From an uncultured bacterium (lineage in GTDB: Bacteria; Verrucomicrobiota; Verrucomicrobiia; Limisphaerales; UBA8199): DNA of 64,000 nucleotides. Location of the stretch: positions 320,001 to 384,000 of the forward strand of contig CAVVMW010000001.1 of assembly GCA_963749495.1 (NCBI GenBank), in the 5' to 3' direction. Position numbers and translations under genes: made by a program. Of this stretch, positions 1-12,141 are shown in pieces; within the stretch, counting starts at the first letter, position 1; every line of letters starts with the position of its first letter. Under the pieces are notes generated by a model that was given only the letters and a program-made list of their open reading frames with translations, searched no databases and was not told the DNA's origin.

Positions 1-245
1 GCATAGCGCGGCAGGTCCTCCAGTGCCGTGGCCAACTCGCCCATCAGGGCCACCAGGTCCTGTTGGATCGCCAGCAGGCGCTCTTGGGCCGCGCCCGCTC
101 CAACTGTCGCCCGCGCCAGCCCAAGCGCCGCATTCAGTTCGTCCACGCTCCCGCACGCCTCCAGGCGAGGATGGGCCTTGGGCACGCGGCGGTTGTACAT
201 CAACCCGCTCATCCCGTCGTCGCCGGTCTTTGTCGTGATGCTCAC
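1..245 (-). CDS. Cob(I)alamin adenosyltransferase, PduO type (5' part, runs off window start)
   Basis: Not in ORF track. Manual translation from GTG at 245 gives MSITTKTGDDGMSGLMYNRRVPKAHPRLEACGSVDELNAALG, matching the PduO TxTGDxG...RxxK...GxVDELN motif. Confidence 0.9.
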   Translation of the reverse strand, partial: MSITTKTGDDGMSGLMYNRRVPKAHPRLEACGSVDELNAALGLARATVGAGAAQERLLAIQQDLVALMGELATALEDLPRY

Positions 246-248
246 GGC

Positions 249-374
249 GGCGAGTGTCGAGTGCCGAGGGGCGAGTGTCGAGTGCCGAGGGGCGAGTGCC
301 GAGGGGCGAGGGGCGAAGGACGAAGGACGAAGGACGAATGACGAATGACGAATGACGAATGACGAATGACGAAA
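249..374. repeat. In-register 7-bp tandem array grading from GGCGAGT/GCCGAGG through GACGAAG to GACGAAT
   Basis: Read directly; the 7-bp phase is continuous across the interval. Confidence 0.95.
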
Positions 375-404
375 CGGGGGCGCGCGGGCGAGGGCGCGAA
401 GCGC

Positions 405-482
405 TTTGGAGTGCGCCAGTCCTCTGGCGCTTTCGCGTCGCCTGGCTCCCAAAAAGCGGCAGAGGACTGCCGCACTCCAAAA
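405..482. repeat. REP-like hairpin family A (TTTGGA(C/G)TGCGCCAGTCCTCTGGCGCTTT...AAAGCGCCAGAGGACTGGCGCAGTCCAAAA)
   Basis: Inverted arms. Further copies at 15027-15104, 20725-20809 and 37606-37682; shortened variants near 11922, 56110, 56234 and 63667. Confidence 0.9.
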
Positions 483-527
483 CCTTCGGGCTTGGGGGCG
501 AGTGCCGAGCGGCGGCGGCGCCGCCCC

Positions 528-2493
528 CTATGGTCCCAGGCGATAGAACGCCGCCGAGGCGGCAGGGGCGTTAGTGACGAAATCCCAGCCGCGGATCATG
601 ACGGGCGCGATGTTCACTGCCGACCAGGCACCGGTCGAGGTCAGGCTGGCGGCGGATTGGAGGTTCAAACCGAGCGAGGCCTGCCACGAGAGGACGACTT
701 GGCTGCCGGTCCGGCTGATGGTCAGCACAGCCGGGGGGCGCGTGGCCGTTAGTTGCACCAGCTCGATGCCTTGGCTCAGCCCGAGGTTGCGGCTGTACTG
801 CTTGCTGAGCGGACTGTTCCAGTGCTCGTGAACGCCGAGACTGGCGAGGCGCGTCCCGCTCTTGGCCGGATCATAAAAGGTCCCCGAGGGGGGATTGCCG
901 GCCAGGGCCATTTCGTGGAGATAATCCTCCGCGCCACCCTGGAGCAGGTTGCCCGGGCTGTCGCTCGCGTTGTTGACCACGTTCGGCCATTCGTTGAGGA
1001 GGAAATCGTAGCAGACGGAGTCGATCGCCACGGGGTCCTGGGAGACGAACAAGCTCGATGGCCAGCGGCCGGCGAAAGGCGGCATCTTCCACGGCTTGGG
1101 ATGGGAGTCCCAGAAATAGCCGCCGTAGAGGCCGTCCACCAGGCAAAGCAATATCTTGCCACCCAACGCCGGGTGGCCCATCAAGTCCACAATGGCGCGG
1201 TAATGGCCCAGCCCCGGCTGGCCCCCGACCGACGGATCCGGATTCGGGGTGCTCGCGTGCATACTACTGTAATTGAGATTGGTACCCTGGTTCAGCCCAG
1301 AGCCGTCCCGGAAGTAGCCGTCCGGGCACCGGAGCAGCGAGCCATAGAGATTCTTGCCGCACAACGTCACGCCCACGCTGTGGCCTTTGAGCACCGCGAA
1401 ATCGATGAGGTAATCGGCTTGGGCGAAAGGCACTGGAATGTAATCCTGCACCACCGCCCCAGCGCTGGCACGAATGACGCTCCAACCGAAGGGCACCGCA
1501 GAGAACTGGACCCGCATCCGCCCGGCGCCGCCGAAATTGTCGAAAATATTCACCTGCGGAAACTCGGGATGCAGCATGTCCCACATATATTTTGGGAAAT
1601 TCCCCGTCGGATCGCCCAGGAAGATGTTGGTTTGGTCCACGCCCACGGTGTAAACCAGGTGCCGCAGCAGGGAGAGCAGGAGTTGCGGGGAGTTATCGAT
1701 CGTGTTGAGCCAATGGCCGTCCCAGGTACTGGTTCTGTTTTTCATAAGTGCCAGTGATGTCCACTGTCTGCGTTCCCGAAGCCGCATTGCAGGTGGTGAG
1801 GTTTATCTTGATGGCGATCTTCTCGCCCGCCTGGTAGCCGGCCTGGCCTTTGCCGTGGTTCTGATTGAAGTACTTGAAAATCGAGTCCCAGGCCGCCGCA
1901 TCCGAGTTCGTTCCGCCCACCGACTGGATGGCTTTGGACATCATGACTTCCACTGTGGCCAGGTCCGTGTGGTTGGAGGCAAACCAGTGCTCCGGGGAAG
2001 TGTATCCCGCCCAACTTGTGGCTGTCGGCGCATAGACCCAGGCCACCCGCCCTGGGAAAATGCCCTTGCCCACGCCCAGCGGTCCATGGGGCGGGTTGCC
2101 CGCGAAAGTGCGCGCCAACGGCACGTGGGCTCCGGCCACTATGACCCCAACCAAGGCCGCCGTTCCCCACAAACACGCCCTCCAAACCCGCTGGTTCCGG
2201 CCTCGGGCCTTGCGCCAGGCAAAGGCCGAGCCCAGCACGGCCAGCAGCCACACCACAAAACTGCTCGCCAGCGGAAAAGCCACCCGCTGGCAGGGATAAG
2301 CCGCCCGGCTCGGTTTGGGAATGACCCGTGCCAGGAACCAAACCAGCGAAAACAATCCCACGCCCGAAAAAAGCCAAACCAAACGGTTGCCACGGCGCGC
2401 CGGCCCCAAGACGCGCCCGGTCACAGGGCATATCTTTTGGGCGTGGGAGGGGTTCGGGGGAGGATAACCGGCATGAAGACGAGGCATGTTCAT
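528..2493 (-). CDS. DUF362-like membrane-anchored/secreted protein with C-terminal ...FYR domain; one-base frameshift near 1722
   Basis: ORFs 1693..2670 and 528..1787 join by removing one base (...KQNQY|LDGHWLNTIDNSPQ). Motifs RVIPKPSRAAYPCQ, GEKIAIKINL, LKGH..GVTLCGKN, SQDPVAIDSV. Confidence 0.75.
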
Positions 2494-2681
2494 GTTAATT
2501 GCAGACCGAGCCTGCAGACTCGGGCATGAAGCGGAGCATAGACTTGCGCTGGGACAACACAAGCAAGAACGGAGCCGGGGTGCAGGACGGAAATCTGCAC
2601 AATTCTGTCTCAAGCCCGCCGGACAATTCAGGCGAAAATCCATCTTTACAACCGAGGGCCGCTTTGCCACTTTGGCGGCCT

Positions 2682-3059
2682 ATGCGCACTCTGATGAAAC
2701 TTTCGCCCGTCCTGCTTCTGGGGCTGCTGCTGGCCGGTTGCAACGCGACCTTCACCAACCTCAGCCCCACCATCCAGGACCGGAATCCCACCAACCAATA
2801 CCCGGTTGAAGTCGCCTTGGACAGCTCCCAGCAGACCCTTCGCTGGGAGAGCATCCGTCCCAAGATCGTCGTCGGCAAACAGTCCTATCCCCTGCAGCCC
2901 ACCCCGTTGATGACCAATCGCTGGGAGGGCCTGCTGCCCGTGCCCGAAGGCGCCGCAGTCGTCCGCTACCATTACAAGTTCGATTTCGATTACAATTCCT
3001 TCGGCAAACCCAAGGCCGACAGCGCCGTCTCGCCCGAGTACATCCTGCGGGTCAAGTAG
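2682..3059 (+). CDS. Small lipoprotein, hypothetical
   Basis: Signal peptide with lipobox LLAG-C (MRTLMKLSPVLLLGLLLAGCNAT). Confidence 0.75.
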   Translation: MRTLMKLSPVLLLGLLLAGCNATFTNLSPTIQDRNPTNQYPVEVALDSSQQTLRWESIRPKIVVGKQSYPLQPTPLMTNRWEGLLPVPEGAAVVRYHYKFDFDYNSFGKPKADSAVSPEYILRVK

Positions 3060-3147
3060 GGGTACGTGCAAAGAGCAATTCCGGCGGCCTTGTTGCGGAT
3101 TCAGTGGGCCGTGCAAGAATTAATTCCGATTTCCCTGTAGGCGGACC

Positions 3148-3350
3148 AGGGCCATTGACAAACTCGCTCGGCGCGCCTGTGCGCCAGGGGCGCCAGCGTA
3201 GCGCAGGTTGCCAAACCTGCTGTATCGCGGGTTTCCAAACCCGCAAGCCGTCCGCAAACGGGGGGCGCTCGACATGCCGATGCCCTGCCGATTGGAAATC
3301 GGCGATACAGCAGGTTTGGAAACCTGCGCTACAACTTTGTCAACGGCCCT
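3148..3350. mobile_element. MITE-like element with TIR AGGGCC(A/G)TTGACAA; second, inverted copy at 28454-28632
   Basis: Terminal inverted repeats plus shared internal GTAGCGCAGGTTTCCAAACCTG hairpins in both copies. Confidence 0.8.
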
Positions 3351-3513
3351 CGTCGGCGGACGCAGCGAGCGCACTCTCCCGCAGAGCTGGAACACGTGAA
3401 ATTCGTCCGCGCGTCCGTGCCTCGCGAAGCGCCTGGAGCATCCCGATGCTGATATGGCGGATAAGTTAACATCACTTATAGCGTTTCTTCTTCCAAAAAT
3501 CAGTTTAGTTTGC

Positions 3514-3541
3514 TTGACCTCGGCCCGGCAACCATTAGATT
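3514..3541 (+). promoter_or_regulatory. Putative sigma70 promoter of the sdh operon (TTGACC-16-TAGATT), ATG 6 nt downstream
   Basis: Motif match by eye; ATG at 3548. Confidence 0.45.
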
Positions 3542-3547
3542 CTTGCC

Positions 3548-4361
3548 ATGGCGCCGTTCCGGGCGAAACCGGGGGCGGCGCCGGCGCCTTTTGCCGATGA
3601 AGACAATGACGAAGCTTTTCGGGCTCGACGACGATGGCAGGCCGCTGGAAGGGGTTTCCCGGGCCCGACGACCTGGGCCGCCGGCCTGTTCACATCGTCG
3701 CTGGGCAAGAAGGTACTTGATGGCGGCGACGGGATTCATTCTGTTCCTGTTCGTTGTGGGCCACCTGGCGGGCAACCTGCAGTTCTTCCTGGGCCCGGAG
3801 GCGATCAACCGCTACGGCCATTTCCTGCAGTCCAACGTCGAGCTGCTCTGGCTGGCGCGGATTGTCCTGCTGCTGATGGTGGGGGTGCATTTGTGGGCGG
3901 CATCCAAACTGACGCTGGAGAACCAGGCGGCGCGGCCGGAGGGCTATGCCCTCTATCGGGCGGTGGGCTCGACGTGGGCCTCGCGCCACATGCTGATGAG
4001 CGGGTTAATCATCCTGGTCTTTGTCATCTACCACATCCTGCATTACACGGTGCAGGTCCAGGCGGTGAACCTCACGGGCCAGGATTTCGTGAGCTTGATG
4101 GACCCTGACAAGCGGCACGATGTGTTCCGCATGATGGTGACGGGGTTCAGCAATGCGTGGGTCTCGGCCTTTTATATCCTGGGCATCGGGTTGCTCTGCC
4201 TGCACCTGAGCCACGGGGCCGGGAGCATGTTCCAGTCCCTGGGCTGGAAGAACGACACCTACCGGCCGCTGCTGGACAAGCTGGCGCGGGTGGCGGCGCT
4301 GCTGCTCTTTTTGGGTTATGCCTCGATTCCCGTGGCGGTGCTGCTTGGCTACGGCAGATGA
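3548..4361 (+). CDS. sdhC: Succinate dehydrogenase/fumarate reductase cytochrome b subunit; one-base frameshift near 3712
   Basis: Frame from 3548 gives ...LFTSSLGKK, continuing in ORF 3510..4361 as YLMAATG...HLAGNL...LHLSHG. Precedes sdhA. Confidence 0.9.
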
Positions 4362-4362
4362 T

Positions 4363-4471
4363 CTGAGTGCGGAATGCGGAGTGCGGAATGCGGAATGCCT
4401 GGCCGAATGCGGAGTGCGGAGTGCGGAGTGCGGAATGACGAATGACGAATGACGAATGACGAATGACGAAT
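4363..4471. repeat. 7-bp tandem array (GCGGAAT/GCGGAGT grading to GACGAAT) between sdhC and sdhA
   Basis: Read directly. Confidence 0.95.
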
Positions 4472-4496
4472 CGCGAAAGACGAAGCGGCAAATCTC

Positions 4497-6422
<1,926 letters not shown>

Positions 6423-6574
6423 ATTCCATGAACTTGACACTCAGAGTTTGGCGCCAGAAGAACCGGAAGGCCGCCGGCCATTTCGAGACCTACGGGGCAA
6501 CCGGCATCGGGCCCGACATGTCGTTCCTGGAGATGCTCGACGTGGTCAACGAGGACCTGACCGGGGAATGGCAC

Positions 6575-6925
6575 TTACTTAGTGCCTAAAACTTTGGCGC
6601 TTAGGCGCTTGCGTCGATGGGGATGAGGTGCCCTCTGGAAGATAATCTTGCGGGACAGCCGCTCCATGTCACGCAACAGCCCCCGCACCTGTCGGTAGTG
6701 GTTAACCGCTTGGCGCATCTGCTCGAACTCCTCCTGGGTTAGTGAGACGGTGATCGTCTTCTGCGCGACTTTGCGCGTCCACTGGTAACCGGTACCTCCG
6801 CCCGAGCGCCGCGTGCGGTCCTGCACCGAGCCCTGGCTGAGGTAGCCTATTTGGCTCAAACGGCGTCGCAATTGCTCGTATTGCCGGTCCCAGGAGGCGG
6901 TGCCCTCATACAGATTTTTGTTCAT
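6575..6925 (-). CDS. IS-borne accessory protein, DUF6788-like (116 aa, basic)
   Basis: MNKNL...GYLSQGSV...[16 protein letters not shown]...[13 protein letters not shown] pattern. Stop codon lies in the left TIR. Confidence 0.7.
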   Translation of the reverse strand: MNKNLYEGTASWDRQYEQLRRRLSQIGYLSQGSVQDRTRRSGGGTGYQWTRKVAQKTITVSLTQEEFEQMRQAVNHYRQVRGLLRDMERLSRKIIFQRAPHPHRRKRLSAKVLGTK

Positions 6926-6957
6926 CGGCCTCAATTTTAGCTTGCCGGTCAAGCATA

Positions 6958-6977
6958 GTCCAGTATATATACTGGAC
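6958..6977. promoter_or_regulatory. Perfect 20-bp palindrome GTCCAGTATATATACTGGAC between the divergent IS ORFs
   Basis: Exact reverse-complement symmetry; abuts the transposase ATG at 6978. Confidence 0.7.
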
Positions 6978-8444
6978 ATGCACACGCCCTTTTTCCCACC
7001 CTGGCGCTCTCGCCTGGCCCGCTTGGGTTCCCGCACCGCCCACGCCTGCCGCCAGGTCCGCGCCTATACCCTCTGCCAACTGGAAAAGTGCTTCTCCTCC
7101 TCGGTACCCCAGGAGTGCTTTCCCAAGGCCAAGGCCTCCGCCCACAAAAACTGCCGCGACCGCGACTACACCCGCTGGCGCACCTTCTGGTGCATGGTCT
7201 GGCAAGCCCTCAACCCCGACGCCTCCGGGCGCGAGGTCGTGCGCCAACTCCAGGCCCTCTTCCTCTTGGAAGACGGCCCCCAGATCTCCCCCGAGGACGG
7301 CGCCTACTGCCGCGCCAAGGCCCGCCTGCCGCTCAGGCAATTCCCCAAGGTTTTGGCCGCCACCGCCCGGGCCGCCGACAAGCAAGTCCCGGCCCTGACT
7401 CAACTCCAAGGCCGGCCCCTCAAGGCCGCCGACGGCTCGGCCCTCACGCTGGCCGACACGCGCAAAAACCGAAGGGCGTATCCCCCTCTGCAGTGCGCCG
7501 ACAAACCCAGCTTCCCCAAGATGCGCATCGTCGTGCTCTTTTCCATGCTCAGCGGCGCGATCCTGGCCATGGCCCAAGGCAGCTTGGCGCTCTCCGAACT
7601 GTCGTTGTTGACGCTGCTCAGCAGCCAATTGGTGGCCGGGGATATCCTGGTGGCAGACCGCGGCTTCGGTTTTTACGCGGTCCTCGCCTGGCTCAAGCAC
7701 CTTCTGAACGTGGACTTCATCGGGCGGTCCACGCGCCGGCTCGATGGGCGAAGGCGCCTCCGCCGCTTGGGCAGAAACGACTGGCTCTTCGTGTGGGGAA
7801 AACCCCAGCGCCGGGCTCCCTGGCTGACGCTGCTCCAATGGATTGGCTTGCCCAGCCAGTTGACGGTGCGCGTGGTCAAGGGCAGTTGCTATCAGAAAGG
7901 CTTCCGCGTACGCCAGGTCAAACTGGTGACCACGCTCTTGGACCCAGAACTCTACCCCGCCGAACAGATCCTCCGCGCTTACTTGCGGCGGTGGCGCCTG
8001 GAGATGTGCCTGGATGACCTGAAAACCACTCTGGAAATGGAGACCCTCCGCGGGCGCAGCCCGAACATGGTTCGCAAAGAGGCCTACACGCGCCTCATCG
8101 CCCACAATCTCATCCGTGGCACCATGGCTCAGGCCGCCACCGAACATGAGGTGCCCCTGGAGCGCATCAGCTTCAAAGGCTCGCTGGACGCAATCCGGCA
8201 CTTTACCCAGGCCATGGCCCAAGCCCGCTCCAAAAAGAAACGCCGCCAACTGTGGTCCGATCTGCTCGAAACGCTAGCCGCCGATTTGGTCCCCGAGCGG
8301 CCAAACCGACGCGAGCCGCGCGCCGTCAAACGCAAGAAAAACAAATACCCGCGGCTCAACGCACCCCGCCGCAGGTTCCGCGATCATCTCAAACGTCACA
8401 CGCGCCGCACCAGGGCCCGTTTGCGCAAGCTCGGTCTTATGTAA
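6978..8444 (+). CDS. IS4-family DDE transposase
   Basis: [35 protein letters not shown] (YREK motif), [12 protein letters not shown]. Stop codon lies in the right TIR. Confidence 0.95.
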   Translation: MHTPFFPPWRSRLARLGSRTAHACRQVRAYTLCQLEKCFSSSVPQECFPKAKASAHKNCRDRDYTRWRTFWCMVWQALNPDASGREVVRQLQALFLLEDGPQISPEDGAYCRAKARLPLRQFPKVLAATARAADKQVPALTQLQGRPLKAADGSALTLADTRKNRRAYPPLQCADKPSFPKMRIVVLFSMLSGAILAMAQGSLALSELSLLTLLSSQLVAGDILVADRGFGFYAVLAWLKHLLNVDFIGRSTRRLDGRRRLRRLGRNDWLFVWGKPQRRAPWLTLLQWIGLPSQLTVRVVKGSCYQKGFRVRQVKLVTTLLDPELYPAEQILRAYLRRWRLEMCLDDLKTTLEMETLRGRSPNMVRKEAYTRLIAHNLIRGTMAQAATEHEVPLERISFKGSLDAIRHFTQAMAQARSKKKRRQLWSDLLETLAADLVPERPNRREPRAVKRKKNKYPRLNAPRRRFRDHLKRHTRRTRARLRKLGLM

Positions 8445-9086
8445 GCGCCATTCACCTGACCGGGCGCGGCCAGGAACCGTTCGTCTTCGATTCGGATTGC
8501 CGCGAGGGGATCTGCGGGATGTGCTCGCTGGTCATCAACGGCATCCCCCATGGCGGCCAGCCCGGCACTGCCACCTGCCAGCTTCACATGCGCCATTTCA
8601 AGGACGGCCAGACCCTCACCATCGAACCCTGGCGGGCGCGGGCCTTCCCGATTATCAAGGACCTCGCCGCCGACCGCTCCGCCTTCGATCGAGTCATCCA
8701 GGCCGGCGGCTTCATCTCCGTCAACACCGGCGGCGCGCCCGACGGCAACGCCCTGCCCGTGTCCAAAGAGACGGCCGACCGCGCGATGGACGCCGCGGCG
8801 TGCATTGCCTGCGGCGCCTGCGTGGCCGTTTGCAAAAACGCCTCCGCCATGCTCTTCGTCGCCGCCAAAGTCTCCCACCTCAACCTCCTGCCCCAGGGCA
8901 AAGCCGAAAAGGACCGCCGCGTCCTCAACATGGTCCGCCAAATGGACGCCGAGGCCTTCGGCAATTGCACCGTCACCGGCTCCTGCGAGGCGGTTTGCCC
9001 CAAAGAAATCAGCCTCAACTTCATCGCCAAGATGAACCGCGACTACGGCGCTGCCATCCTCAAAGGCCGTTGACCGCCCGCGCCGG

Positions 9087-9180
9087 CAGAATCATAAGGC
9101 AAAATCATTGCTGGCAAAATCATAAGAAATGATTTTCCAAAAATGATTCTGCCAAAAATGATTCTGCAATATGATTCTGC
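9087..9180. repeat. AT-rich CA(A/G)AATCAT / ATGATT(T/C)TG inverted tandem repeat downstream of sdhB (possible terminator-like hairpin)
   Basis: Three forward and four reverse units. Related units at 22545-22570. Confidence 0.7.
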
Positions 9181-9251
9181 GGAGCGCAGAAGCATCTCAA
9201 GTTAATATTGAATATCCTCCCTGCGTTTGAGAATATCCTCACTGACTCTGC

Positions 9252-10886
9252 ATGCACAACGGCCGGCCATTACGCGAAACCGCCCGGAGGGCCGGGGCGA
9301 CCGCCCTGCGCCACCCGTCCTCCGAGACTTCGCCATTCGTCATTCGTCATTCGTCATTCGTCATTCTCCTCCCTCGCCCCGTTTCCCTCGCCTGGCTGCT
9401 GCTCTGCCTGGCGGCTGCGCCCGTGCCTGGCCTCCGGGCCGCCGGCGCCCAATCGTCCCCTGCGCCGGGGCGCGCCCCGCGGCTCTTCCCGGATTACTCC
9501 GGCACCATCCTGCCGCCCAACATCGCCCCCCTCAATTTCAAGGTCCGTGAGCCTGGCGCCGCATACCGCGTCGAGATCTATTCCACCCGCGGCGAAAAGA
9601 TAGCCATTGCCAGCCGCGACCCGTCCATCCGCATCCCGGCCGGGAAATGGAAGGCCCTGTTGCGGGCCAACGTCGGCGAACCGCTCTATTTCGACGTTTC
9701 GGTCCGGGGCCGCGCCGGTCAGTGGACCCCGTTCCAGGTAACGACCAATTCCATCGCCCGCGAGGAGATCGACCGCACGCTGGTCTATCGTCTGCTCAAG
9801 CCGCTTTACGGCCTCTATCTCAATGTCGGCATCTATCAGCGCGACCTGGAGTCCTTCGACGAACGGCCTGTGCTTGAGAACTCCAGGATCGAACACAAGT
9901 GCCTCAATTGCCACACCCCGCTCAACCATCGCCCCGACACCTTCGCCTTCCACACCCGCTCCTCTGGAAAGACCCAGCCCATGCTCCTGGTCCTGTCCAA
10001 CCAGGTCGCCCGCGTGGATAAGACCATGGGTTACATCTCCTGGCACCCGAGCGGGCGCCTGCTGGCCTTCTCCGCCAACAAGCTCAACCTCTTCTATCAC
10101 ACCCGCGGCGGCGAGACGCGCGACGTCTTCGACGCCAACTCCAACCTGGGCATCTACCGCGTGGACTCGAACATTGTCGTGGTGCCCCCGGCGGTGGCGT
10201 TGCCCGACCGCAACGAGACCTGGCCCTCCTGGTCTCCGGACGGGCGCTTTCTCTACTATTGCAGCGCCCCGCGCCTGCCCGTCGAGCAGTTCCGCCAGGT
10301 CCGCTACGACCTCATGCGCATCAGCTACGACATCGAGCGCGACCAATGGGGCCAGCCGGAGATGCTCCTGCCCGCCCAGCAGAGCAACGGCAGCGCCGCC
10401 CAGCCCAGGGTCTCTCCCGATGGACGCTGGGTCCTGTTCGTCCTGGCCAAGTACGGCAACTTCCCCATCTACCAGCCCAACAGCGACCTCTTCGTCCTCG
10501 ACCTGGCCACCCGCCAGTGCGGGCGCCTGGGCATCAACAGCGACCAGGCCGACACCTGGCATTGCTGGTCCGCCAATGGCCGCTGGATCGTCTTCAGCAG
10601 CAAACGCCTCGACGGCCTCTTTGCCCGCCCCTTCTTCAGCTACGTTGATGACCAAGGCCGGTTCTATAAACCCTTCCTCCTCCCGCAAGCCGACCCGGCC
10701 TTTTACGACTCCTTCCCCAAGACCTTCAACGTGCCCGAACTGGTCCAGGGCCCGATTACCATCAAGGAACGCGACCTGGCCCAGGCCGTCCTCAAGCCCC
10801 TCAAAATACTCGCCCCCAAAGGCGACACCCGGCCCCCCGCAGCGACGCCGGGCGCTGCCGAGGCGCCGGATGCCTATAAGCAGTAA
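9252..10886 (+). CDS. Secreted TolB-like beta-propeller (PD40 repeat) protein
   Basis: WHPSGR, PSWSPDGRFLYY, PRVSPDGRW, WSANGRWIVFSS repeats; single CLNCH motif; hydrophobic signal region. Start uncertain. Confidence 0.8.
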   Translation: MHNGRPLRETARRAGATALRHPSSETSPFVIRHSSFVILLPRPVSLAWLLLCLAAAPVPGLRAAGAQSSPAPGRAPRLFPDYSGTILPPNIAPLNFKVREPGAAYRVEIYSTRGEKIAIASRDPSIRIPAGKWKALLRANVGEPLYFDVSVRGRAGQWTPFQVTTNSIAREEIDRTLVYRLLKPLYGLYLNVGIYQRDLESFDERPVLENSRIEHKCLNCHTPLNHRPDTFAFHTRSSGKTQPMLLVLSNQVARVDKTMGYISWHPSGRLLAFSANKLNLFYHTRGGETRDVFDANSNLGIYRVDSNIVVVPPAVALPDRNETWPSWSPDGRFLYYCSAPRLPVEQFRQVRYDLMRISYDIERDQWGQPEMLLPAQQSNGSAAQPRVSPDGRWVLFVLAKYGNFPIYQPNSDLFVLDLATRQCGRLGINSDQADTWHCWSANGRWIVFSSKRLDGLFARPFFSYVDDQGRFYKPFLLPQADPAFYDSFPKTFNVPELVQGPITIKERDLAQAVLKPLKILAPKGDTRPPAATPGAAEAPDAYKQ

Positions 10887-11019
10887 GGCTAAAGGCTAAA
10901 GGCTAAAGGCTAAAGGCCGGAACGGAGTTTTGTGCAGGACCGTGCCCTGTCCCTTTTGTCGCTTATGTCCCTTATGTCCCTTCCTGCCTTTAGCCTTTAG
11001 CCTTTAGCCTTTAGCCTTT
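10885..11019. repeat. Opposed heptamer arrays (AAGGCTA)n / (TAGCCTT)n enclosing 9-bp TGTCCCTTW repeats
   Basis: Read directly; can form a long hairpin. Confidence 0.9.
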
Positions 11020-11024
11020 TATGA

Positions 11025-11053
11025 TTGACACCGCCCTCCGCAGTAGATATTCT
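11025..11053 (+). promoter_or_regulatory. sigma70-type promoter TTGACA-17-TATTCT, ATG 7 nt downstream
   Basis: Near-consensus match with optimal spacing. Confidence 0.65.
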
Positions 11054-11060
11054 CCCGGGC

Positions 11061-11906
11061 ATGGGGTCTCACAAAAGTCGTTTCTGCTCTGCCTCTTTTT
11101 TGCGAGCCTCCGGGAGCCGCAACCACGCCGGAGAGAGACTCGCACTCGCTGCCTTAGCAGCCGTCGCCCTGGCCTCAGCCGCGCTCGGCCAGGGCGCCAT
11201 CGACCTCGACAACAGCCAATGCGCCGGGGGGCTGACCATTGATTGCCAAGGGAATTACTACAGCGGCATCTACGGTGTCGAGATATGGGAACTGAATGCC
11301 ACCGCCGTGCCAACCAACCTTCCGGCCAGCGGATTCGCATTTGACCAGTACAACGCCCTGGCCGCCTTGGGTTTCAAGTTGGAAGCGACCTTCTCGAACC
11401 GGAACAACCCGCTGTTCCCTGGCTCGATTATCCTGGGCGAAGTAGATATGCCGGATGTGTCCCTGCCGGGCGCCACCGTGGTCCTGGCGCTCGCCGCTTG
11501 GAACACATCAGCCGCGAGCTGGAATGCGATGTTGACATCTAGTGACGCGAATACGAGGGCAGGCGTCGTTGTATTTGTGAATCGAACAAGCAACTACACC
11601 CTGTCGCCGGTTCCACCTCCCCCTCTGCTCACCGGTTGGACCACTGACCTGGTGCTGGGATTCGGGCAGGGCCCCTACGGCCCCTGCATCAGTGACAATA
11701 AGCTGAGCATCACGGCGACCAACGGAACCGTTACCCTGCACTGGATCGACATGGCCTATACCTCCTACTCCCTCCTAACCGCCACCAACCTTCTGGGCCC
11801 GTGGAGCTGGGTCCACTCCTTCATGCACGGTACGCCGGACACCAATTTCACCTACGTCGCCCCCGCTTCCGACCGAGTCCGATTCTATCGAGTGACCCCT
11901 CCGTGA
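11061..11906 (+). CDS. Secreted protein with C-terminal ...W...FYRV domain
   Basis: Signal-like LALAALAAVALASAALG; beta-rich body; tail LHW...YSLLTATNLLGPW...FYRV. Confidence 0.75.
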   Translation: MGSHKSRFCSASFLRASGSRNHAGERLALAALAAVALASAALGQGAIDLDNSQCAGGLTIDCQGNYYSGIYGVEIWELNATAVPTNLPASGFAFDQYNALAALGFKLEATFSNRNNPLFPGSIILGEVDMPDVSLPGATVVLALAAWNTSAASWNAMLTSSDANTRAGVVVFVNRTSNYTLSPVPPPPLLTGWTTDLVLGFGQGPYGPCISDNKLSITATNGTVTLHWIDMAYTSYSLLTATNLLGPWSWVHSFMHGTPDTNFTYVAPASDRVRFYRVTPP

Positions 11907-12141
11907 ACCCAAGCCCGAAGCTTTTGGACTGCGCCCACGATGCATCGTGGGCGCAGTCCAAAACGCTTCACGGCAGGTGACACCCGTCCGGTTCACGTCG
12001 CGGAAAAACGGCAGGATCGAGTGGGAAGCAGAAAGACGGCCTGGCAGAAAAATGGGGGTCTTCCATTTTTCTGCCATTTCATTTTTCTGCCGGAGGCTAC
12101 TGCGGCATATCGCGACATTGCTCCCCCGGCTGCGGCGAGAT

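Larger units (their letters stand above)
6566..8453 (+). mobile_element. IS4-family insertion sequence, 1888 bp
   Basis: TIRs GAATGGCACTTAC / GTAAGCGCCATTC (13 bp, 1 mismatch). 11-bp direct repeat ACCTGACCGGG at 6555-6565 and 8454-8464. Confidence 0.95.
6428..9073 (+). pseudogene. sdhB: Succinate dehydrogenase Fe-S subunit interrupted by an IS (5' part 6428-6565; 3' part 8454/8465-9073)
   Basis: 5' part [12 protein letters not shown]...[15 protein letters not shown] rejoins in frame with [20 protein letters not shown]...CIACGAC...[12 protein letters not shown] once the IS and one TSD copy are removed. Confidence 0.95.

Noticed and set aside
242..475. ORFs containing FVIRHSS, MTNDE or FWTAPVLWRF strings
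   Set aside because: Translations of heptamer and REP repeats, not proteins.
6958..6977. LexA/SOS box
   Set aside because: The AT-rich core is similar, but the arms read CAG...CTG, the reverse of the CTGT-N8-ACAG box.
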